A stretch of 64,000 bases of DNA from Eledone cirrhosa (taxonomy: Eukaryota), in the NCBI GenBank assembly GCA_964016885.1, contig OZ024745.1:11842001-11906000 (forward strand), read 5' to 3'. The notes beneath the pieces were generated by a model. The model saw only the letters and a list, made by a program, of their open reading frames with translations, did no database searches and was not told the origin of the DNA. Each line of letters starts with the position of its first letter. Within the stretch, counting starts at the first letter, position 1. The position numbers were made by a program, and so were the translations under genes. This document shows positions 40,611-52,033 of this stretch, one piece after another.

Positions 40611-40797
40611 ATAATTGTTTCTACTTTTGGCACAAGGCCAGCAAATACCGAGTACATTACTGGTACTTAATTTTATCGACCCCGTAAGGATGAAAGGCAA
40701 AGTTATCCGCGGCGGGATTTGAACTCAGAGCGCAAAGGGACGTAACTACCTGCTGTAAATCATGGCGTCCGACCCTCTACCGATTCTGCCAATCCAC
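40611..40797 (-). mobile_element. Nin/Deu-type SINE, complete
   Basis: Reverse complement of the family consensus from tail to head (..ccgaccctctaccgattctgccaatccac). Confidence 0.9.
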
Positions 40798-40814
40798 AGA
40801 ATGTTAATAATAAC

Positions 40815-40914
40815 AATGGTAGTGGTTCTGATGGTGTTAGTAGTAGTAGTGGTGGTAGCTGTGGTGGTGGTGGTTGTAGTAGTAGTAGTGGAGATGGTGG
40901 TTGTTGTTGTTGTT

Positions 40915-40966
<52 letters not shown>

Positions 40967-41027
40967 CAGCAGCAGCAGCAGTAGTAGAAGCAGTAGTAGT
41001 GGCAGTAGCAGCAGCCGTAGTAGAAAC

Positions 41028-41059
<32 letters not shown>

Positions 41060-41099
41060 CAGCAGTAGTAGTAGTAGTAGCAGCAGAAGCAGTAGTAGT

Positions 41100-41146
<47 letters not shown>

Positions 41147-41202
41147 CAGTAGTACAAGTAGTAGTAGTAGTAGTAGTAGTAGCAGGAGCAGGAGCACTAC
41201 TA
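40815..41202. repeat. (GTA/GCA/GTG)n trinucleotide tract
   Basis: Direct reading. Confidence 0.92.
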
Positions 41203-44200
41203 CTAGTGGTGGTGTGGTGTTTTGGTGTAGTGGTGTTGTGGTGTTGTAGTGTAGCGGTGGCGTGGTGTTGTAGTGGTGTGGTGTTGTGGTGTAGTGGTGG
41301 TGTGGTGTTTTGGTGTAGTGGTGGTGTGGTGGTGTGGTGTAGTGGTGGTGTGGTGGTGTGGTGTAGTGGTGGTGTGGTTTAGTGGTGGTGTGGTGTTGTG
41401 GTGTAGTGGTGGTGTGGTGTTGTGGTGTAGTGGTAGTGTGGTGTAGTGGTATTGTGGTGTTGTGGTGTTGTGGTGTTGTGGTGTAGTGGTGGTTTGGTGT
41501 AGTGGTGGCGTGGTGTCGTGGTGTAGTGGTGGTGTGGTGTAGTGGTGTAGTGGTGGTGTGGTTTTGTGGTGGTGTGGCGGTGTTGTGTAGTGGTGGTGTG
41601 GTGTAGTGGTGGTGTGGTGGTGTGGTGTTGTGGTGTAGTGGTGGTGTGGTGTAGTGGTGGTGTGGTGTAGTGGTGGTGTGGTGTTGTGGTGTTGTGGTGC
41701 TGTAGTGTAGTGGTGGTGTGGTGTAGTGGTGTTGTGGTGTACTGGTGGTGTAGTGTAGTGGTGGTGTGGTGTAGTGGTGATGTGGTGTTGTGGTGGTGTG
41801 GTGTTGTGGTGTAGTGGTGTTGTGGTGTTGTGCTGGTGTGGTGTTGTGGTGTAGTGGTGTTGTGGTGTTGTGCTGGTGTGGTGTTGTGGTGTAGTGGTGG
41901 TGTGGTGTAGTGGTGGTGTGGTGTAGTGGTGGTGTGGTCTAGTGGTGTTGTGGTGTAGTGGCGATGTGGTGTTGTGGTGTTGTGGTGTTGTGGTGTAGTG
42001 GTGGTGTGGTGTAGTGGTGGTGTGGTGTTGTGGTGTTGTGGTGGTGTAGTGTTGTGGTGGTGTGGTGTAGTGGTGTTGTGGTGTTGTGGTGTAGTGGTGG
42101 TGTGGTGTAGTGGTGGTGTGGTGTTGTGGTGTTGTGGTGGTGTAGTGTTGTGGTGGTGTGGTGTTGTGGTGTAGTGGTGTTGTGGTGTTGTGGTGTAGTG
42201 GTGGTGTGGTGTAGTGGAGGTGTGGTGTTGTGGTGTAGTGGTGTAGTGGTGGTGTGGTGGTGTTGTGGTGTAGTGGTGGTGTGATGGTGTAGTGGTGTTG
42301 TGGTGTAGTGGTGATGTGGTGTTGTGGTGTAGTGGTGGTGTGGTGTTGTGGTGTAGTGGTGTTGTGGTGTAGTGGTGGTGTGATGGTGTAGTGGTGTAGT
42401 GGTGGTGTGGTGTAGTGGTGTTGTGGTGTTGTGGTGTTGTAGTGTAGTGGTGTTGTGGTGTTGTGGTTTAGTGGTGGTGTGGTGTTGTGGTGTAGTGGTG
42501 GTGTGGTGTAGTGGTGTTGTGGTGTTGTGGTGTTGTAGTGTAGTGGTGTTGTGGTGTTGTGGTGTAGTGGTGTTGTGGTGTTGTAGTGTTGTGCTGTTGT
42601 GGTGTAGTGGTGTTGTGGTGGTGTGGTGTAGTGGTGTTGTGGTGTAGTGGTGTTGTGGTGGTGTGGTGTTGTGGTGTAGTGGTGATGTGGTGTTGTGGTG
42701 TAGTGGTGTTGTGGTGTTGTGGTGTAGTGGTGGTGTGGTGTAGTGGTGTAGTGGTGGTGTGGTGGTGTAGTGGTGTTGTGGTGCTGTGGTGGTGTAGTGT
42801 TGTGGTGGTGTGGTGTTGTGGTGTAGTGGTGTTGTGGTGGTGCGGTGTGGTGGTGGTGTTGTGGTGTAGTGGTGGTGTGGTGTTGTGGTGGTGTGGTGGT
42901 GTGGTGTAGTGGTGTTCTGGTGGAGTGGTGTAGTGGTGTTGTGGTGTTGTGGTGGTGTGGTGATGTGGTGTAGTGGTGTAGTGGTGGTGTGGTGTTGTGG
43001 TGTTGTGGTGGTGTGGTGTTGTGGTGTAGTGGTGTAGTGGTGGTGTGGTGTTGTGGTGTTGTTGTGTCGTGGTGTAGTGGTGGTGTGGTGGTGTGGCGTT
43101 GTGGTGTAGTGGTGTTGTGGTGTTGAGGTGTAATGGTGGTGTGGTGTTGTGGTGGTGGTGTGGTGTTGTGGTGGCGTGGTGTTGTGGTGTAGTGGTGGTG
43201 TGGTGTTGTGGTGTAGTGGTGGTGTGGTGTTGTAGTGTTGTGGTGTTGTGGTGTTGTGGTGGTGTGGTGGTGTGGTGGTGTGGTGTTGTGGTGTTGTGGT
43301 GTAGTGGTGTAGTGGTGGTGTGGTGTAGTGGTGGTGTGGTGTTGTGGTGTAGTGGTGGTGTGGTGTAGTGGTGGTGTGGTGTTGTGGTGGTGTAGTGCTG
43401 TGGTGATGTGGTGTTGTGGTGGTGTGGTGTTGTGGTGTAGTGGTGTTGTGGTGTAGTGGTGTTGTGGTGTAGTGATGTGGTGTTGTGGTGTAGTGGTGTT
43501 ATGGTGTAGTGGTGTGGTGATGTGGTGTTGTGGTGGTGTGGTGTTGTGGTGGTGTGGTGTTGTGGTGGTGTAGTGGTGTGGTGATGTGGTGTTGTGGTGG
43601 TGTGGTGTTGTGGTGTAGTGGTGTTGTGGTGTAGTGGTGTTGTGGTGTAGTGGTGGTGCGGTGTTGTGGTGTTGTGGTGTAGTGGTGTAGTGGTGGTGTG
43701 GTGTAGTGGTGTTGTGGTGGTGTAGTGGTGTGGTGATGTGGTGTTGTGGTGGTGTGGTGTTGTGGTGTAGTGGTGTTGTGGTGTAGTGGTGTTGTGGTGT
43801 AGTGGTGTTGTGGTGGTGTGGTGTAGTGGTGTTGTGGTGTAGTGGTGTTGTGGTGGTGTGGTGTTGTGGTGTAGTGGTGATGTGGTGTTGTGGTGTAGTG
43901 GTGTTGTGGTGTTGTGGTGTAGTGGTGGTGTGGTGTAGTGGTGTAGTGGTGGTGTGGTGGTGTAGTGGTGTTGTGGTGCTGTGGTGGTGTAGTGTTGTGG
44001 TGGTGTGGTGTTGTGGTGTAGTGGTGTTGTGGTGGTGCGGTGTGGTGGTGGTGTTGTGGTGTAGTGGTGGTGTGGTGTTGTGGTGGTGTGGTGGTGTGGT
44101 GTAGTGGTGTTCTGGTGGAGTGGTGTAGTGGTGTTGTGGTGTTGTGGTGGTGTGGTGATGTGGTGTAGTGGTGTAGTGGTGGTGTGGTGTTGTGGTGTTG

Positions 44201-45113
44201 TGGTGGTGTGGTGTTGTGGTGTAGTGGTGTAGTGGTGGTGTGGTGTTGTGGTGTTGTTGTGTCGTGGTGTAGTGGTGGTGTGGTGGTGTGGCGTTGTGGT
44301 GTAGTGGTGTTGTGGTGTTGAGGTGTAATGGTGGTGTGGTGTTGTGGTGGTGGTGTGGTGTTGTGGTGGCGTGGTGTTGTGGTGTAGTGGTGGTGTGGTG
44401 TTGTGGTGTAGTGGTGGTGTGGTGTTGTAGTGTTGTGGTGTTGTGGTGTTGTGGTGGTGTGGTGGTGTGGTGGTGTGGTGTTGTGGTGTTGTGGTGTAGT
44501 GGTGTAGTGGTGGTGTGGTGTAGTGGTGGTGTGGTGTTGTGGTGTAGTGGTGGTGTGGTGTAGTGGTGGTGTGGTGTTGTGGTGGTGTAGTGCTGTGGTG
44601 ATGTGGTGTTGTGGTGGTGTGGTGTTGTGGTGTAGTGGTGTTGTGGTGTAGTGGTGTTGTGGTGTAGTGATGTGGTGTTGTGGTGTAGTGGTGTTATGGT
44701 GTAGTGGTGTGGTGATGTGGTGTTGTGGTGGTGTGGTGTTGTGGTGGTGTGGTGTTGTGGTGGTGTAGTGGTGTGGTGATGTGGTGTTGTGGTGGTGTGG
44801 TGTTGTGGTGTAGTGGTGTTGTGGTGTAGTGGTGTTGTGGTGTAGTGGTGGTGCGGTGTTGTGGTGTTGTGGTGTAGTGGTGTAGTGGTGGTGTGGTGTA
44901 GTGGTGTTGTGGTGGTGTAGTGGTGTGGTGATGTGGTGTTGTGGTGGTGTGGTGTTGTGGTGTAGTGGTGTTGTGGTGTAGTGGTGTTGTGGTGTAGTGG
45001 TGTGGTGTTGTGGTGTAGTGGTGTTGTGGTGTAGTGGTTTGGTGATGTGGTGTTGTGGTGGTGTGGTGTTGTGGTGGTGTGGTGTAGTGGTGTAGTGGTG
45101 GTGTGGTGTTGTG
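41203..45113. repeat. Complex GT-rich simple repeat (GTGGTGTA / GTGGTGTT / GTGGT units) with an internal 1195-bp tandem duplication
   Basis: Identical ORF translations at 43093 and 44288 (offset 1195); marker ttctggtggag near 42915 and 44110. Confidence 0.93.
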
Positions 45114-45519
45114 TTAACATATAAGACAATAAAATAATAAAGAGAAAATCCGACCTTTCTCCTATAATGTATTTAATACGATGGAGAAATGGAAAACTTT
45201 AGGCCTGGAATGTAATAAAATGGCCTTCTCTTTATTCTTCTATTTATTGCTAAATAATAGACTTATAAATGATTTTTCATTTTTACTGCCTTTGAAAAAA
45301 ATCGAAGAAATTTATGGTTTTGTTGTATTTGTTATTTTTAATAATTAGGCTTTTGTTTGTTTGTGTATGTTTGTTTGCGTGTTTTTTTAGCGGGTAATTT
45401 TAACTGAATGAAGAGTGTTACCAAATGAATAGTTAGCAATATATTATTGGTACTCGTTGATATTGTGGTTGCTAAGGTAGATTATCCTTGTTCAGCGATT
45501 GTTGCGTGGACCTATAGCC

Positions 45520-45710
45520 AAAGGCATCCCAGGCGTGAATCGAACTCACAATCCTACGATTGTGAATCCAAATCTCTAACCACTAAACTCAGCGCCTTCA
45601 CAACATAGATGCACGATATCAGAAGAGAACATCGCCCGGTCCAGGAATCGAACTCGCAACCTTACGATTGTGAAACTAATTCTCTAACAACTAAGCCCGG
45701 TGCCTTCACA
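45520..45710 (-). mobile_element. Two tandem tRNA-like SINE heads (CORE-type family)
   Basis: Both read aatcgaactc..tacgattgtgaa..ctctaac.actaa..gccttcaca, matching the head of the 49.2-49.8 kb SINE. Confidence 0.7.
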
Positions 45711-46296
45711 TATATAACCATTAAATAAGTGTTCTTGTTCTAAACTTGTTAGCAAGATTTCTTAACTCTTTTCTGGAACATTTAGAAAGTTCTGCCGTTA
45801 GCATATCTACGTTTATCAATATTTACCAACTAAAATAAATAAATAGATAAAATAGTTTTTGTATTTTCTAAATTTTGGTTTTCAGCAAATTCTTTGGATA
45901 TCAAGTCGTGAATTAATTCTATTTAACATTTCAATATATTTATTACAAGAACTACGAGTTTTACGAAACTTAATTGTACTAGAAATAAATTCATAGACAT
46001 AGATACTTAGCAATGCAATTGTGCTTGGATATTGGTGACTATAAATATACTAAATATACTAAATATACTAATGAAATACTAATCACACATGTGGGTGAAG
46101 TCTTTTCAGTTGTTTATTTATTGGTTAATATTAGGTGAAATAGTTTTCTAACCATGTAAGTAAATGTTACACGTATATACCAAACGTATCCTTACGTGTT
46201 TTTTGTTAATAACATTTATTTTTAAACTCTTAATCAGGGGTAATCTTGGATAGAAGACCATCATTATGAAATCGAACGACAGTTATCAGGTTTTCC

Positions 46297-46308
46297 GCCG
46301 CCATCTTG
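46297..46308 (-). promoter_or_regulatory. YY1-type motif CAAGATGGCGGC
   Basis: Exact consensus in non-repetitive sequence; motif match only. Confidence 0.35.
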
Positions 46309-46452
46309 ACTTAGATAATCTCCAGACTGAACTCTGTTTTGTACAACTTTAATCATAGTTCAAAACTCTCTCAGACTGGCTTTTTTTTTCATTACTTGCT
46401 AATCAATAGAACAATTCCCTTTATCTAATTAATACACTGGAAACAATTTAAC

Positions 46453-46690
46453 TCATTATGTAGAAATAATATTTGCTAAGAACACCGGAAGTCTCTGCTG
46501 CCACAAGTTCAACCATAAATCTATCTGAGAGCGGCCGATACTTTGACAATCTTTCTTCCTTCGATCTCGTGAGCTGTGAAGGCTGGGCTGGGACATGAAT
46601 GCACCAGGTTGAGGCCAGGGAGGTGTCACGACATGTAGCAACCTAGATGAAGGGCCTACCCCTAAGGAAGACTGTATACATCACCACTGA
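46453..46690 (-). pseudogene. Decayed RLE endonuclease fragment of a CRE-like non-LTR retrotransposon
   Basis: Frameshifted translation GRPFI*VATCRDT..AHEIEGRK..KYRPLSDRFMVELVAAETSGVL resembles WDATCxDT..AE.RK..KY..L..F.P.A.ETSG. Confidence 0.55.
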
Positions 46691-46911
46691 ATAAAATAAT
46701 AGCTGAACAGGAAGCGAGGATTACTAGAATTGAACCTGATTTCTTCAGTGAACATCAGGTTTAGCTATTTATTACCTTACGATGTTATTACAATTGGATG
46801 TCAGTTCTTGGTGAAATGATTCTTTGGACCGACTTTGACTTTTTTGCTTTTGATGCTTGGAGAAAGGAATATATGTCGTTCAACATCTATATATGAAATC
46901 AATATATACAC

Positions 46912-46993
<82 letters not shown>

Positions 46994-47057
46994 TATATCT
47001 ATATATCTATATATCAATGATATTAATAAATGGAAACTATATTTATAAAACCATATT

Positions 47058-47118
47058 TATTCTATTATATATATTTCAAGGGTACCAAAACATTGGTACG
47101 CTCTCATCAGATAAAATA
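47058..47118 (-). ncRNA. Minimal type I hammerhead ribozyme, canonical core
   Basis: UAUUUUAU-CUGAUGA-GAGCGUACCAA(UGUU)UUGGUACCCUU-GAAA-UAUAUA-UA|AUAGAAUA: 8-bp stem I, 11-position stem II with one mismatch and a G-U closing pair, palindromic helix III; lies in a ~190-bp insert between (TA)n tracts. Confidence 0.82.
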
Positions 47119-47181
47119 CAAACTTTGTTTTATAAATAGTGACATACCCTGGAATGAAACCTTAACGGTTCAAGTTCTGTC

Positions 47182-47225
<44 letters not shown>

Positions 47226-47230
<5 letters not shown>

Positions 47231-47816
47231 AGTGTAATTTTCTACACAAAACGAAGGTTATAGAGAAAATTGAGGTTGGTAATGGCACATAGAATATATA
47301 AGAGACAGAATACTTTTTTGTGAAAAAACATAATTTTATAAGGTAAGGAAATAATAAAGGGTATAAAAAATGACCGGTTTCGATGGGTCTGCAAAAGCCA
47401 TCTTTTCAAATGTTGATTAATATTAAGAAAAATTAATAATACGAAGAGTTAAAATTTGAGACTTGAAAATTCAAGTATAAAATTCATTGTGGGATTTCAT
47501 AGCAGTTTTCATCTAGGTGAAATTCACTACCAGAAAGGGACACAGCAGTCAACCTGTTGTTGCTACCTAAATGAAAACTGCTATGAAATCCCACAATGAA
47601 TTTTATACTTGAATTTTCAAGTCTCAAATTTTAACTCTTCGTATTATTAATTTTTCTTAATATTAATCAACATTTGAAAAGATGGCTTTTGCAGACCCAT
47701 CGAAACCGGTCATTTTTTATACCCTTTATTATTTCCTTACCTTATAAAATTATGTTTTTTCACAAAAAAGTATTCTGTCTCTTATATATTCCATGTGCCA
47801 TTACCAACCTCAATTT

Positions 47817-47821
<5 letters not shown>
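47226..47821. mobile_element. Penelope-like inverted pseudo-LTR pair: 36-bp tail, 257-bp arm, 46-bp spacer, 257-bp inverted arm
   Basis: 47262-47518 is the reverse complement of 47565-47821 (2 mismatches seen); each arm carries a hammerhead motif pointing outward; flanked by (TA)n and (TC)n(TA)n. Confidence 0.8.
47669..47716 (+). ncRNA. Hammerhead motif with U3-A8 core (mirror copy on minus strand at 47367-47414)
   Basis: AACAU-UUGAAAA-GAUGG(11 nt)CCAUC-GAAAC-CG-GUC|AUUUU; palindromic ACCGGU helix III. Confidence 0.68.
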
Positions 47822-47855
<34 letters not shown>

Positions 47856-49176
47856 AAGAAAATGCACAATGAGAATGAAGCATGTGGACATTATAATTGT
47901 GAATGATTTGTATTAGAAAAGTTTGCAGATAGAGGAAGAGGGCGGGGTGGTTAGTGAAGGGGTGGGGGTTGACAAGGAAATATTGAGAGAAATGTGCAGA
48001 TATAAATGTTATTTAAGGCAGAAGGTGGAATGTAAAGAAGGACAAGACAAAGAGAAAGTGGTGATGGTGAAAATGATAGGAAGAAAATGAGATTAGTGAA
48101 GCGAAGAATGAAAACAATCCCAGAGAAGGAAATGCAAGTATTACAAATCAGAAATACGTAAGATAAAGTTAATTGTTTTTATTAAAAAAAAAGAAAGAAA
48201 GAAGAGAATATAAACTAAAAAAGAGAGAGGGTAGAGGAAGATGGAAGCAAAGGAAATATAGAAAATCAAGATAAATAGAAAAATATAATACAGACAGAAA
48301 GGAGAAGAAAGAAAAGAGGAATGAAAAAAAGCAGTAAAGCTTTAGGAATTTTAAAAGTGAAATACTAAATTTAAATTAAAAATAAAATCAAAATCTATAG
48401 ATAGTTTAAAATTGGATGAGAAGTCTAAAAACGATCATAGAGAGCATAAAACATAAAAGACATTTCAGACGAGAATTTGTTATAAAAACAAAATAAGAAA
48501 TATATATATAGACAATGAAATAAAATCTTATGACAATCGAGATAGAAATACAAAGAGAGAAGATTCGTGTATGAAATGCTGGGGCGATAGATGGGAAGAA
48601 TAGACGCATTGGAGAACTACAATTATAAGAAAGAAAAATAACATCCGGAAGACGAACGGAAAACATGAAGTACGAAATAAAGTGTGGAATAAGAAAAAAG
48701 ATGAAATCCCTAAATTGAAAATAAATAAAACGAAAAATTGCAACTCGTTATAGTATAGCTTGTAAAGAAAGTAATGAGTTGAAGAAAAGCGTTAATGGTG
48801 AACAAGGTAAATAGCAGCCATTTTAGTTTGATTTCAACTTAATGGGGAACAGAGGGGTGAAGGTGTCGTTTCATATTTAGAAACAACTCTGAATGACTTA
48901 ACACTTCTATTGTGAAAGGTTCCCAAAAATAACACGCATGCTCACACACACACACACACATTCACACATAGATACATGTGTGTGTGCGTGTGTTGAACAA
49001 TGAAAACAGAGGACGAAGTTTATTGCTTAATCAGTTTGTTTTACGATCGTTTCAGAAGGTTGATTGATCATGATAAATCGATATAGTGGCTAATCAATAG
49101 TAGTTATGTAACCCGATATTATTAGTCTCGATACTATAGACCCATATGATCGTCTTCGTCAGAAATATATATATAT

Positions 49177-49432
49177 CACCTTGACCGACCAGTCTATCGG
49201 GCGCAAATCGGCGCCGCTGGTCACAGCACGTCGTGCTTTTTTAACCATAAGATAACGCCACCCCACTAGCTGGGTGGGCAGGCTGGTACTCATTTCTAGT
49301 AAACTGAGTAAACTGGAGCAACGTGAAATAAAGTGTCTTGCTCAAGGAAACAACACATCACCCGGTCCGAGAATTGAACTCACAACCTTTCGAATGCAAG
49401 CCCAATGCTCTAACCACTAAGCCATGCGCCTT

Positions 49433-49433
<1 letters not shown>
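49177..49433 (-). mobile_element. CORE-type tRNA SINE, left arm of palindrome
   Basis: Reverse complement of 49520-49776 with about 6 substitutions. Confidence 0.88.
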
Positions 49434-49519
<86 letters not shown>

Positions 49520-49522
<3 letters not shown>

Positions 49523-49776
49523 GGCGTATGGCTTAGTGGTTAGAGCATTGGGCTTGCATTCGAAAGGTTGTGAGTTCAATTCTCGGACCGGGTGATGTGT
49601 TGTTTCCTTGAGCAAGACACTTTATTTCACGTTGCTCCAGTTTACTCAGTTTACTAGAAATGAGTACCAGCCTGCCCACCCAGCCAGTGGGGTGGCGTTA
49701 TCTTATGGTTAAAACAGCACGACGTGCTGTGACCAGCGGCGGCGATTGGCGCCCGACAGACTGGTCGGTCAAGGTG
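49520..49776 (+). mobile_element. CORE-type tRNA SINE, right arm of palindrome
   Basis: A box tggcttagtgg, B box gagttcaattc, CORE-like ccttgagcaagacactttatttcacgttgctccagtttactcag..aaatgagtacc, (TA)n tail. Confidence 0.88.
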
Positions 49777-49811
<35 letters not shown>

Positions 49812-49814
<3 letters not shown>

Positions 49815-50606
49815 AACGAAGGAATTGTGGTAAGGAACCAGATGGACCATAACACACCAAAGTATTCAATACTTAGGGTAGTAGAGTGGGTTATAGGAAC
49901 AAGTATGACCCCGATGGCAGAGCTCAACCCGTTTCGACGGCTATTTCTGGACTAAATAAGAATTCTCAGGGGGTATTTCCTTATATGGGAAGATAGTAAT
50001 TGTCAAATGGATTGGTCAACAATTTGTTGTAAAGACAGATGAATCTATCATGGCATTTGGTGGGAGGTAGGGGTGGCTGAACTTGCCGGTAGAACCAAGA
50101 GGGAGTGGGGGAAGGATAGTGTATAAAAGGTCGAAAAAAGTGTACCGGAGAAGAGGAGGGGGGTGAAAGAATAGGTAAATCGAAAGGGAGTAAAAAAAAA
50201 ACCATTATAAAAATAAGGATATAATATATATATATATTATATTTATATATATTATATCCTTATTTTTATAATGGTTTTTTTTTACTCCCTTTCGATTTAC
50301 CTATTCTTTCACCCCCCTCCTCTTCTCCGGTACACTTTTTTCGACCTTTTATACACTATCCTTCCCCCACTCCCTCTTGGTTCTACCGGCAAGTTCAGCC
50401 ACCCCTACCTCCCACCAAATGCCATGATAGATTCATCTGTCTTTACAACAAATTGTTGACCAATCTTTTTGAAAATGACTATCTTTCCATATAAGGAAAT
50501 ACCCCCTGAGAAGTTCGGTTATTTATTTACCAGGCTAAAAATTGTTATTTAGTCCAGAAATAGCCGTCGAAACGGGTTGAGCTCTGCCGTCGGGGTCATA
50601 TTTGTT

Positions 50607-50612
<6 letters not shown>
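49812..50612. mobile_element. Penelope-like inverted pseudo-LTR pair: ~80-bp tail plus ~340/370-bp inverted arms; degenerate hammerhead at 50502-50581 (+)
   Basis: 49892-50232 mirrors 50244-50612 apart from a ~28-bp indel; right arm reads CUGAGAA-G..CGGUUAUUU..GGCUAAA..UUUAGUC..AAAUAGCCG.C-GAAAC-GG-GUU; (TA)n on both flanks. Confidence 0.78.
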
Positions 50613-50657
<45 letters not shown>

Positions 50658-50872
50658 CAAAGGAAGGGCAAGTTTCGTTTACATGTATTAGATTTTTATT
50701 GTGTATCGACCTGTTACACGTGTTTCACAGATGATTGGCTCAGGGTCATCCATACTCCATAATCGATCTGCTCTTCTCTTCAGACTGGAGAGGTGACAAA
50801 AATATAGTGTTTGCTGTGGTTTGTGAGATGATGAGTGTATACAGTATATAAGCATCGGCCCTATTTTTCTGT

Positions 50873-51505
50873 TTGTGGGCGTGATTCTGTGTGTGGGCGT
50901 GTGTCTGTGTGTGTGCGTGTGTATGTGGGCGTGTGTCTGTGTCTGTGTCTGTGCGTGTGTCTGTGTGTGTGCGTGTGTCTGTATGTGGGCGCGTGTCTCT
51001 GTGTGGGCGTATATCTGTGTGTGTGCGTGTGTGTGGGCGTGTGTCTGTGCGTGTGCCTGTGTGTGTGCGTGTGTTGGCGTGTGTCTGTGTCTATGCGCGT
51101 ATCTGTGTGTGTGCGTGTTTCTGTATGTGGGCGTGTGTCTGTGCGTGTGTCTGTATGTGGGCGTGTGTCTGTGTGTGTGAGTGTATCTGTATGTGGGCGT
51201 GTGTCTGTGTGTGTGCGTGTGTCTGTATGTGGGCGTGTGTCTGTGTGTGAGAGTGTGTCTGTATGGGCGTGTGTCTGTGTGTGGGCGTATATCTGTGTGT
51301 GTGGGCGTGTGTCTGTGTCTGTGCGTGTGTCTGTATGTAGGCGTGTGTCTGTATGTGGGCGTGTGTCTGTGTGTGTGCGTGTGTCTGTGTATGTGGGCGT
51401 GTGTCTGTGTGTGTGCGTGAGTGTGTGGGCATGTGTCTGTGTGCGTGTGTCTGTGTGTGTACGTGTGTCTGTATGTAGGCGTGTGTGTGTGTCTGTGTAT
51501 GTGTG
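50873..51505. repeat. Degenerate TG-rich repeat (gtgggcgtgtgtct variants)
   Basis: Direct reading. Confidence 0.9.
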
Positions 51506-51655
51506 ATTGTATATCTTGATCGATTTTTATTCACTAATCACAAAGCCTCAAATATTACAGGTGTTATAAATGGACTGAAAGGATTGTGGTTGTTATCTAT
51601 AGGTATAGAAATAATGGCAATAGGTAATTGGAAATAATATTTTATTATTACCTAT

Positions 51656-51843
51656 GGGGGGAGTGGCAGTATCGGTAGAGGGTCGGACGCCATGCTTTGC
51701 AGCATAGTTACGTCCCTTTACGGACTGAGTTCAAATCCCAGCGAGGTTAACTTTACCTTTCATCCTTACGGGGTCGATAAAATAAAGTACCAGTAATACA
51801 CTGGGATAATTGCTGGCCTTGTGCCAATAGTAGAAACAATTAT
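51656..51843 (+). mobile_element. Nin/Deu-type SINE
   Basis: Family consensus match from head to tail. Confidence 0.9.
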
Positions 51844-52033
51844 ATTATTATCTATTAAATATTCCAAAATATTTTTATTTCATATATACTGATTATTTTC
51901 AACATAAAATAACTTGATAAATATTTACAGCGTTTCTACATCAATTAATATCGAATGATTTATATTGAATCACGGACCGTAAATCTCGTTACTTAGCTTC
52001 CTGTTACTGACTCCAAGATCGATATAATAATTA

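Noticed and set aside
37538-45129. Ser-, Val-, Leu-, His/Thr-rich and minisatellite ORFs
   Set aside because: Simple-repeat translations with no domain or splice support.
49105-49165. Hammerhead-like CUGACGA..GAGAC on the minus strand
   Set aside because: GAAA is mutated and stems I and II are poor; probably a dead relic. Similar partial relics at about 32018-32050, 37120-37146, 49040-49060, 50705-50745 and 57660-57720 were not called.
49520-49590. tRNA gene
   Set aside because: The A/B boxes belong to a SINE head; there is no convincing cloverleaf or acceptor stem and it continues into a CORE-like body.
47262-50612. Palindromes as sequencing fold-back artefacts
   Set aside because: Arms differ by substitutions and a ~28-bp indel, and the same boundary recurs at 34.6 kb; only the 55.8-kb palindrome remains open to this doubt.
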